Of a stretch of DNA of 64,000 nt, positions 56,431 through 64,000 are shown piece by piece. How positions within the stretch are numbered: the stretch's first letter is position 1; each line of letters starts with the position of its first letter. Origin of the DNA: Fidelibacterota bacterium (GTDB lineage: Bacteria > Fidelibacterota > UBA2242); NCBI GenBank assembly GCA_049975265.1, contig JBNGDF010000012.1, positions 1,513 through 65,512 of the forward strand, written 5' to 3'. The notes under the pieces were generated by a model. That model was given only the letters and a program-made list of their open reading frames with translations. It was not told the origin of the DNA and made no database searches. A program made the position numbers and the translations under genes.

Positions 56431-57243
56431 ATGAAGCTCAGTATAGTAATCTCGACCCAGCCGGCGACATTCAATGCCCTGGCTTATAAAGGCAAAGTTG
56501 CAGAGAACATTGAAAAGGTGCGAAAACTGGGTTACGATGGCGTCGAACTGGCGGTTCGTGATCCGCGGCTGCTGGATTTGGCGGTGGTGAAGGCATTGAC
56601 CATTGATACCGGATTTCCGGTGTCCGCCCTTGGAACCGGACAGGCTTTCGGCGAAGAAGGGCTGTCATTTTCCAGTCCCGATCGGACAATTCGCAGGAAA
56701 GCCATTGAAAGGATTAAATCGCACATTGATGTCGCCGCGCAGTTAAACGCAATTGTGATTATTGGATTGATTCGCGGCATTGTGAAGCCGGGAGATGATC
56801 CGGAGCAAGCCGAGGCATGGATTATTGAGGCGCTCGATACGTGTGCCGCTGTTAATCCGGATGTCAAATTGGTCATTGAGCCCTGTAATCGTTATGAAGC
56901 CAATACGGTCAACACGGTTGGCGAGGGCATGGCTCTGGTGGACAAACTGGGACGAGCAAATGTCGGTCTGCTGCTGGATACCTTTCATATGAATATCGAA
57001 GAGCCGGATATGCTGGAAAGTATTGAGAATGCCGGTCAGCGGTTATTTCACTTCCACATCGCCGATTCCAACCGCTGGTATCCGGGCGCCGGTCATATTG
57101 ATTTTCAGGCGGTTTGCTGGAAGCTGTCCCAAATCGGTTATGCGGGCTTTCTGTCCGCTGAGATTCTGCCCTTACCCGATGCCGATACCGCCGCCGAAAT
57201 GACCATTCATACAATGCGAAATTTGGAAAACATAAAAAAATAA
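56431..57243 (+). CDS. sugar phosphate isomerase/epimerase (xylose-isomerase-like TIM barrel)
   Basis: AP endonuclease 2 / IolE-IolI fold: LGYDGVELAV..., HIADSNRWYPGAGHIDF. Confidence 0.7.
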   Translation: MKLSIVISTQPATFNALAYKGKVAENIEKVRKLGYDGVELAVRDPRLLDLAVVKALTIDTGFPVSALGTGQAFGEEGLSFSSPDRTIRRKAIERIKSHIDVAAQLNAIVIIGLIRGIVKPGDDPEQAEAWIIEALDTCAAVNPDVKLVIEPCNRYEANTVNTVGEGMALVDKLGRANVGLLLDTFHMNIEEPDMLESIENAGQRLFHFHIADSNRWYPGAGHIDFQAVCWKLSQIGYAGFLSAEILPLPDADTAAEMTIHTMRNLENIKK

Positions 57244-57272
57244 AGCCCAATGGTATTGGGATTGGAGGACCT

Positions 57273-58316
57273 ATGGAAATGATGAATGCGCTTGTTTTTA
57301 AGAAAGTCGGACAGATTGACTTTGAATGGATTCCAATTCCGAAAGTGACCGAGCCGAACCAGGTTCTGGTCAAAGTCGCCGCCTGTGGGATATGCGGCTC
57401 CGATGTTAAAATTCTCGAGGGTAAACATGCTTACCGGGAAAATACGGTACTGGGACATGAGTTTTGCGGAACGGTGGTTGAGGTCGGCAATAGAGTCACG
57501 GCTGTCAAAAAGGGCGACTGGATTGCCCTGGATAACAACTCCCGCTGCGGACTGTGTGAATTTTGCCGGATGGGTATGAGCAGTCAGTGTGTGGAATTAA
57601 AGAATCGCACCCTGGGAGTTTTCAGGAACGGCGGTTTTGCGGAGTACACCCTGGCAACCGAGGACGTCTGTTTCAAAATTCCCGATACCATTGATGAAAT
57701 TCTCGGGACTCAGGTGGAAACCCTTGGCACCGTGCTGAACGGAATGAATACCGTCCAGATGCAGTGTTACGATTCGGTGCTGGTGCTGGGATGTGGTCCG
57801 ATTGGTTACCTTTTTACCGCCATTGCCAAGAATGTTGCCGCCGAAGTTGCCGTAACGGAAATTGATCCCTTCCGGTTCAAAGTTGTGGAAAAGTTCGGAG
57901 TACCTGTTTTTAATCCCGATGAGTGTGATCTGGAAGCTGAGGTCATCAAACTCACCAATGGCAAGAAGTTTGATATTGTCATAGATGCGGTGGGGACCCA
58001 ATTGGAGAATGCCCTGAAATATGTCACACCCGGCGGAAAAATTCTGGCATTCGGGATGGACAGCAGCTGTAAAGCGACGATTGATCCCTATATCGTTACC
58101 CGGAATGCGATTAAGATTCTGGGAACCTACATCGGGCAGAATACCATTTTGCCGGCGATTAAGCTCTATCGAACCCATAAGCTGGAAATGGACAATTTTT
58201 TCACTGAAACACTGCCTCTGAGGGATGGTCCGGGTGCGTTTAGAAAGCTCGGTCTGGATTTAAAAACGCTGCAACACCTACCCAAACGGGCGATGAAGAT
58301 TGTACTGAAGCCGTGA
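57273..58316 (+). CDS. zinc-dependent alcohol/polyol dehydrogenase (MDR family)
   Basis: CGICGSDVKIL, GHEFCGTV, and the structural-Zn cysteines CGLCEFC. Confidence 0.75.
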   Translation: MEMMNALVFKKVGQIDFEWIPIPKVTEPNQVLVKVAACGICGSDVKILEGKHAYRENTVLGHEFCGTVVEVGNRVTAVKKGDWIALDNNSRCGLCEFCRMGMSSQCVELKNRTLGVFRNGGFAEYTLATEDVCFKIPDTIDEILGTQVETLGTVLNGMNTVQMQCYDSVLVLGCGPIGYLFTAIAKNVAAEVAVTEIDPFRFKVVEKFGVPVFNPDECDLEAEVIKLTNGKKFDIVIDAVGTQLENALKYVTPGGKILAFGMDSSCKATIDPYIVTRNAIKILGTYIGQNTILPAIKLYRTHKLEMDNFFTETLPLRDGPGAFRKLGLDLKTLQHLPKRAMKIVLKP

Positions 58317-58344
58317 AAATCAAGCTCGTTACAGAGGACTATGA

Positions 58345-59697
58345 ATGAATAAAATATTACGATTTTTCGCGACCGGTAAAGATAAACCGCTGATTCAGGA
58401 TCAGGCAAAAGTCGACCGACTGTACAGGCGATACCGCTTGTCGGTTATGCTGGCGATCTCGGTGGGGTATGGTCTGGCGTATACCTTGCGATTGGCATTG
58501 AATATGGTCAAGAAGCCGATTCTGGATGCGGGAATTTTTACCCCCACCGACTTGGGGAATATCGGTTCGGCGCTTCTCTATACTTATGCCATCGGTAAAT
58601 TTACCAACGGATTTTTAGCCGACCATGCCAATGTCAAACGCTTTTTTGCGTTCGGGGTATTGATGTCAGCCCTTGTCAATATTGCGATGGGTTCTTCAGC
58701 GATTCTCTGGCTTTGGATCATATTGTGGGGGTTGAACGGCTGGTTTCAGTCTTTCGGTGCGCCCACGGGTGCGGTCACGCTTTCCAACTGGTTCAGTAAA
58801 TCGGAACGGGGACGTTTCTATGGAATCTGGAGTACCGGTCACAATATCGGTGAGGGCTTGACCTTTGTCGTGACGTCGGCGGTCGTCTCCTATTGGGGCT
58901 GGCGGGCTGGATTCATTGTTCCGGGAGTGTTTTGCATATTGCTGTCCGGACTGATTTATCTGGCGCTGCAGGACAAACCCCGCACTCTGGGATTACCCCT
59001 GGTAGCTGACTGGAAAAAGGATTACAGTGCTCCGCCGGATCTTGAGAAAAATAAAACCGAGCTGACCTCCAAAGCGCAGTTGCAGGTTCTGAAAACTCCG
59101 GCGATCTGGGTTTTGGGTTTCGCCAGCGCCTTTGTTTACATGACCCGCTACGCCATTAACAGCTGGGGCGTGCTCTATCTCCAGGAAGCCAAAGGCTATT
59201 CGCTGATGGAGACGGGCGCGATTCTCGGTTTAAATACGGTTGCCGGTATTTTCGGCTGTATTGTGTATGGTTTCATTTCCGACAAACTGTTCAAAGCGCG
59301 GCGTCCGCCGGTGACTCTGATTTACGGGATCATCGAGCTGACAGCGCTGTTTATCATCTTTTTCAGTGCTCCAAATCAGCCTATTCTGGTGACGGCGGCA
59401 TTTGTCTGCTACGGTTTTACCATGAGTGGTCTGCTGGCTTCACTGGGAGGCTTGTTCGCCATTGATATTGCGCCGAAAAAAGCCGCCGGCGCTGCGATGG
59501 GTTTTATCGGTATTTTCAGCTATATCGGTGCCGGTATCCAGGATCAGATCAGTGGTCTGCTGATTGAGAAGGGGTGCCGGATTGTGGATGGAGCCCTGAC
59601 CTACGATTTTTCGAAGGTGATTATGTACTGGATCGGTTCATCCTTCTTATCAATGATTCTGGCTGCGATACTTTGGAAAGCTAAAACCAGCGATTAG
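58345..59697 (+). CDS. MFS transporter, organophosphate:phosphate antiporter (GlpT/UhpT-like) family
   Basis: 12 TM. N-terminal YRRYRLSVMLAISVGYGLAYTLRLAL...GFLADH pattern as in GlpT/UhpT. Confidence 0.6.
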   Translation: MNKILRFFATGKDKPLIQDQAKVDRLYRRYRLSVMLAISVGYGLAYTLRLALNMVKKPILDAGIFTPTDLGNIGSALLYTYAIGKFTNGFLADHANVKRFFAFGVLMSALVNIAMGSSAILWLWIILWGLNGWFQSFGAPTGAVTLSNWFSKSERGRFYGIWSTGHNIGEGLTFVVTSAVVSYWGWRAGFIVPGVFCILLSGLIYLALQDKPRTLGLPLVADWKKDYSAPPDLEKNKTELTSKAQLQVLKTPAIWVLGFASAFVYMTRYAINSWGVLYLQEAKGYSLMETGAILGLNTVAGIFGCIVYGFISDKLFKARRPPVTLIYGIIELTALFIIFFSAPNQPILVTAAFVCYGFTMSGLLASLGGLFAIDIAPKKAAGAAMGFIGIFSYIGAGIQDQISGLLIEKGCRIVDGALTYDFSKVIMYWIGSSFLSMILAAILWKAKTSD

Positions 59698-59715
59698 AAA
59701 TCGGAGAAAAATTTT

Positions 59716-60597
59716 ATGAAACATTATGACACAGTAATTTTTGGGAATTATACCAGCGATACCATCATTACCAAACAGGGCAGCCGCCATGTAGACGGTG
59801 GTGGTTTTAATTACGGCGCCCATGCGGCGGTGGGGCTGGGATATAAAGTAGCCGCCGTGACACGGTTGGCGAAAGCCGACAGCCATGTGATCAGCATGCT
59901 GGAAAACGCCGGAATTGATGTTTTCCCCACCTTTACGTCGTCATCCACCCAGATGGTTCTGGACTACCCGACGGATAATCCCGACGAGCGGATTCTGACC
60001 TGTCCGCAAACCGCTGGCAGTTATACGATTGACCAGTTTCGGGATTTTCGCGCCAAAGCCTGGCTGATCAACACCTCCGTCAGGGAGGAGGCGCCGGTGG
60101 AGCTGGTAGAGTATCTGCATGCTCAGCCGGGACTGCTGGTGGCGGACGCTCAGGGCTTCGTCAGAGTGCGTGGTGAGGGCGGTCGTCTGATTCATGCTGA
60201 ATGGCCACAAAAGCGGCATGTGCTGAGCATGCTGAACATTCTGAAAGCCGATATCAAGGAGGCGGAGTCACTGACCGGTGAGAGCGATCTGAAAAAAGCG
60301 GCGAAGATTCTCAACGAGTGGGGACCTGCCGAAATTGTTCTGACCCATCGCAGCGGTATCCTGGTGTACGCCGATGGGAAATATTATGAAGCCGGATTTT
60401 TCCCGGAAAAGCTGATCGGTCGCAGTGGGCGCGGTGATACCTGTATTGCCTTGTATGCCGCTAAGCGACTATCGGCGCCGCCGGAAGAAGCAATTATCTG
60501 GTCGGCGGCGGTGACGAGCCTGAAAATGGAAGCGGACTCGCCCTTTTTAAGACCGCTCGGCGACGTTGAGAAACTCATCGAAAGGAGATACCGATGA
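59716..60597 (+). CDS. PfkB-family carbohydrate kinase
   Basis: Ribokinase fold with the C-terminal GRGDTCIA anion-hole motif (DTxGAGD-like). Confidence 0.7.
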   Translation: MKHYDTVIFGNYTSDTIITKQGSRHVDGGGFNYGAHAAVGLGYKVAAVTRLAKADSHVISMLENAGIDVFPTFTSSSTQMVLDYPTDNPDERILTCPQTAGSYTIDQFRDFRAKAWLINTSVREEAPVELVEYLHAQPGLLVADAQGFVRVRGEGGRLIHAEWPQKRHVLSMLNILKADIKEAESLTGESDLKKAAKILNEWGPAEIVLTHRSGILVYADGKYYEAGFFPEKLIGRSGRGDTCIALYAAKRLSAPPEEAIIWSAAVTSLKMEADSPFLRPLGDVEKLIERRYR

Positions 60598-61487
60598 ACA
60601 GGGGCAATACAATTTTAAGAAAGAGTTCCAGAACTGTCTTTATGGCGATTGTACTGGCGTTGATGCTGGTAATCCCGCTGTTCAATTGTTCGGTTGAAGA
60701 GCCGGTCTCCTTTATTGTCGCCCAGGATCAGCGGTATAAAGCCACAGAGGAGTATCACCACCCAGAATACTTTATGGGAGCATTGCTGGCGATTAAAGAG
60801 GTCGGACCGGGCGACTTCATGCTCAGTCCGGGCGATCTGGACCCGATGTATGCCACCCGGGAGCTGGTAGCGGAAATTCTCGGTGCGGATTATCCCTGGT
60901 ATCCGGCGGTGGTCAACCACGACATGGAGGATCCGGAAACTATGGCCTATTTTCGGGATTATAACCGCAACGGGAATTCCCTGCCCCATATCGTCCGCAG
61001 TGGTCCGCCGGGCTGTGAGGAGACCACCTACTCTTTCGAAATCGGTGACTGTCATGTGGCGGTCATCAACGTCTATTATGATGGGAAATCTGATGTGGGT
61101 ACCGATGGCGATGTGGTTCCGGAGCTGCTGGAATGGCTTGAGGAGGATCTCAAAAACACAGATAAGCCCTTTATTTTTGTCGCCGGGCATGAGCCGTTGG
61201 TGGCGCAGCCGGATATGGATAATGGTCGCGTTCGGCACCAGGGCGATTCGCTGGATAAATATTTTCGCAATGCCTACAAGCTGCGGGAGCTGCTGAAAAA
61301 ATATAACGTTCAGGGAATTTTCAACGGGCATTCCCACGGCTCTTCGGTTGCCAAGGTCAATGGTCTCTGGCAGCTGGATGCCGGGCACGCCTACGGGTTG
61401 GAAAGAAAAACCCCGGAGCGAATGTACTGCTCCAGGGCACCAATTTCGGTGCCACCACCGACCGAACCGGTTATTTTTGTATTCTGA
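60594..61487 (+). CDS. secreted/lipoprotein metallophosphoesterase (calcineurin-like); C-terminal ~30 aa probably out of frame
   Basis: Signal with lipobox-like LFNCS. GDLD, NHD, GHEP and GHSHG metal motifs. The tail LERKTPERMYCSRAPISVPPPTEPVIFVF looks like frame noise. Frame -1 continues as a receptor N-terminal domain (see next feature). Confidence 0.6.
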   Translation: MNRGNTILRKSSRTVFMAIVLALMLVIPLFNCSVEEPVSFIVAQDQRYKATEEYHHPEYFMGALLAIKEVGPGDFMLSPGDLDPMYATRELVAEILGADYPWYPAVVNHDMEDPETMAYFRDYNRNGNSLPHIVRSGPPGCEETTYSFEIGDCHVAVINVYYDGKSDVGTDGDVVPELLEWLEEDLKNTDKPFIFVAGHEPLVAQPDMDNGRVRHQGDSLDKYFRNAYKLRELLKKYNVQGIFNGHSHGSSVAKVNGLWQLDAGHAYGLERKTPERMYCSRAPISVPPPTEPVIFVF

Positions 61488-64000
61488 ATGTACCGGTGGG
61501 TACCTATACGGTGATGGTCTCGTATGTAGGATATGATGAGTATTCGGAGGCGGTGACGATTGGGGGATCGGATGAGCGGGTGACGCTCAATGTGGAACTC
61601 AGTCCCCGGAGTATTGAGATGGGTGAAGTACTTGTCACCGGTCTGCGCCAGGGACAGGCGAAAGCGCTGAGTCAGCAGAAATCGGCGGAAAGTATTAAGA
61701 ATGTCGTAGATGAAGAGCAGATGCAGCTCTTTCCCGATATGAATTCTGCCGAGGTTCTGCAGCGCATTCCCGGGGTCTCGATCACCAGAGATCAGGGCGA
61801 AGGGCGCTACGTGCTGGTAAGAGGTACCTCACCGCGTCTGAATTCCACATCCGTCAACGGTGTCAAGATTCCATCACCGGAAGGTGGTGACCGCAGTGTC
61901 ATGCTGGATGTCATTTCCGCCGATAATCTGTCCGGAATTGAAGTGACGAAAGCCATTACACCGGACATGGACGGCGATGCCATTGGTGGCGCCGTCAATC
62001 TGAAAACCAAGAGTGCACTCGACTATCCCGGTAAAGTTCTCAGTGGAACGCTGGGCGGCGGCTACAACAATCTGGTTGGTAAGGGCAATTTTCAGGGGGG
62101 TCTGAATTACGGGGATCGCTTTGGTGCTGACAACCATATCGGATTGATGCTTAGTGGCAGCTTCCAGCGCGCCAATCGGGGCTCCCACAACAACGAGATG
62201 GATTGGGGCGATGTGGATGATCCCAGCGGCGGAGAGTATGAATGGGCGCTGAAGACTCTGGAACTGCGGGATTACGTGATCAGACGGGACCGCATGACCC
62301 TGTCCGGAAATCTGGATTACATGATTAGCGAGGGCAATAAGTTTTACCTGTCCGGCATGTTTACGAACTACAGTGACGTGGAGACCCGTCGCGCTATGGT
62401 CATTGATCCCGATAATGCTGAATTCTACAATACGCCGACCAATAGTCCCGAAACGGCATTTGCCTCGGAAATCAAGGACCGGACCCAGACCCAGATGCTG
62501 TATAATTTCATTGCCGGCGGCGAGAACCAGTTTGCCAAGTTGAAAATGGACTACTATGTCTCCTACGGATATGCTCAGGAGGAAGAGCCGGATAAAATCG
62601 AGTATGCCTTCGAACTGGATGAAGAGCCGGAGGTTAACCTGGATATATCCGATCGGGACCTGCCATTATGGAATATTGCCGGTCTGGCTGAGGGCTATGA
62701 ATACGATCGGGCAAATTATGAGTTTGATGAACTCGAGGCGGACACAACCAAGACCACCAACCGTGACATCGGCGCCGCACTGAATTTTGAAATACCCTAT
62801 AGTCTGGCTGGCTATCAGGCGAAATTGAAGTTCGGTGGGAAAACAACGCTGAAGAAGAAAGATCGCGCTGAAAATATCTGGGAATACGGCTGGGAAGGCG
62901 ATGCTGATGTTACGATGGACCAGTTTAATGAACCGGAAAGAGATAAATTATTTGGCGGTGATTATGTCAGAGTTCTGTCTCCTGACCCGGGAAAGGTCAG
63001 AGACTGGTTTATAGAAAACCGGGACAGTGGTCTGTTGGAAGGTGAGCTGTTATTGGATGATACTTACGGTGCCACCTATGAAGCGACGGAAGATGTCTAT
63101 GCCTACTATGCCATGACTACGGCAAATCTGGGTCGGCTGATGCTGCTGGGTGGTTTCCGGCACGAGATTACGAGGATCGATTATCTGGGACATGAAGTGA
63201 TTTTTAATGAAGACGGTGACTTTGAACAGGTTCTTGACAGAGAAAATGAGAAGACATTGTCCCATATTCTCCCGATGGTCCATCTGCGATATCAAGCGAC
63301 TGAACGAACCAATCTGAGATTGGCGTTGACCACCGGCATTGCGCGACCGGATTACGAGACGCTGGTTCCCTACAAGCTAATCTACCGGGAAGATGAGGAG
63401 ATGGAGATCGGAAATCCGGACCTGGAGCCCACCACATCGGTGAATTTTGATCTGCTGGGCGAGCACTATTTCCAGAACATCGGTATCCTGTCCGGTGGTA
63501 TCTTTATGAAGTCGCTGGATAAGATCATCTACCCCTTTCAGTATGAAACGGAATCGGATGATCCGAATTACCCGAAATACGATGTCGAAACATGTTTTCA
63601 GGGAAAAACCGCCAACCTGTTCGGACTTGAGGTACACTGGCAGCAACACCTGACCTTTTTACCGGGATTTCTGAAACATATCGGCATCTATAGTAATTAT
63701 ACCTACACGACATCATCAGCAACTGTTGGAGAACGTGAGGATCTGCCCCTGGCAGGTCAGTCGGCAAGTATGGCAAATTTTGCCCTGAGTTATGACAAGG
63801 GTGGCTTCAGCGGTCGAATAAGTATGAATTATCACGGTGCATATCTGTCTGAATTAGGCGAAGAGGATGGCGAAGATATTTACTACGACGATCATGTTCA
63901 GTGGGATTTCTCTGCCAGCCAGAAACTGGTCGGCGGTCTGCAGTTCTATGTGCAGGCAGTCAATCTCAACGATGCCTATCTGCGGTACTATATGGGTGAG
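61307..64000 (+). CDS. TonB-dependent outer-membrane receptor with N-terminal carboxypeptidase-regulatory-like domain; no start codon in frame; 3' end outside window
   Basis: Frame open from 61307 to the window end. GANVLLQGTNFGATTDRTGYFCILNVPVGTYTVMVSYVGY is a CarbopepD_reg domain. A plug follows (VLVTGLRQGQ...VLQRIPGVSIT...VLVRGTSPRLNS...) and then barrel repeats. There is no ATG/GTG/TTG before the domain. Confidence 0.7.

Noticed and set aside
60615-61388. 257-aa minus-strand ORF covering the metallophosphoesterase gene
   Set aside because: Antisense to an ORF with all calcineurin-like metal motifs. No start context.
61348-61536. 62-aa plus-strand ORF at the phosphoesterase/receptor junction
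   Set aside because: Third frame across the junction. The receptor domain is unambiguously in the other frame.

Overview
This 64-kb window is a bacterial chromosomal segment of about 55% GC, annotated from the sequence alone. It appears to come from a lineage that uses the type IX secretion system (T9SS): four large secreted proteins carry the T9SS C-terminal sorting domain. It also encodes a class II photolyase and a proton-dependent oligopeptide (POT) peptide transporter. At the 5' end there is a truncated patatin-like lipase, a 1261-aa multi-PAS/GAF sensor kinase of the HisKA_3 type, and a NarL/LuxR response regulator. A long minus-strand aromatic amino-acid operon follows: TrpB2, chorismate mutase/prephenate dehydrogenase, aroE, aroC, an aroK-aroB fusion, aroQ, DAHP synthase and aroA. 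This operon is preceded by two ribosome-mediated attenuators that are not in the ORF track: a Trp-codon leader peptide upstream of trpB and a Tyr-codon leader peptide upstream of tyrA. Each is followed by a paralogous terminator hairpin. Downstream are T9SS cargo genes, including a secreted endonuclease I, whose N-terminal payload domains are low in GC. Two of these genes are preceded by tandem arrays of a 15-bp palindrome. Next come a peptide-transporter operon, a beta-CASP RNase, rarA, and a compact three-gene module that looks like a toxin-antitoxin cassette (two AbrB/MazE-like genes plus a degenerate Doc/Fic-like gene with its own promoter and terminator). Further on are adenine deaminase, photolyase, a decayed DNA methyltransferase remnant, hemerythrin, a tRNA-Asp with a degenerate partial duplicate, and ychF. 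An EtfB-EtfA-FAD oxidase cluster (LctBCD-like) has twin promoter-operator modules (TTGCAN-17-TATAAT overlapping a 16-bp AATTGTATA(T/G)ACAATT palindrome). One module sits in front of the cluster and one in front of a GntR-HTH/sugar-binding regulator. The last part of the window is a sugar-phosphate/polyol catabolic locus. It contains a phosphatase with an in-frame TAG at a conserved Trp, and a metallophosphoesterase ORF that runs by a -1 frame change into a TonB-dependent receptor lacking any start codon.
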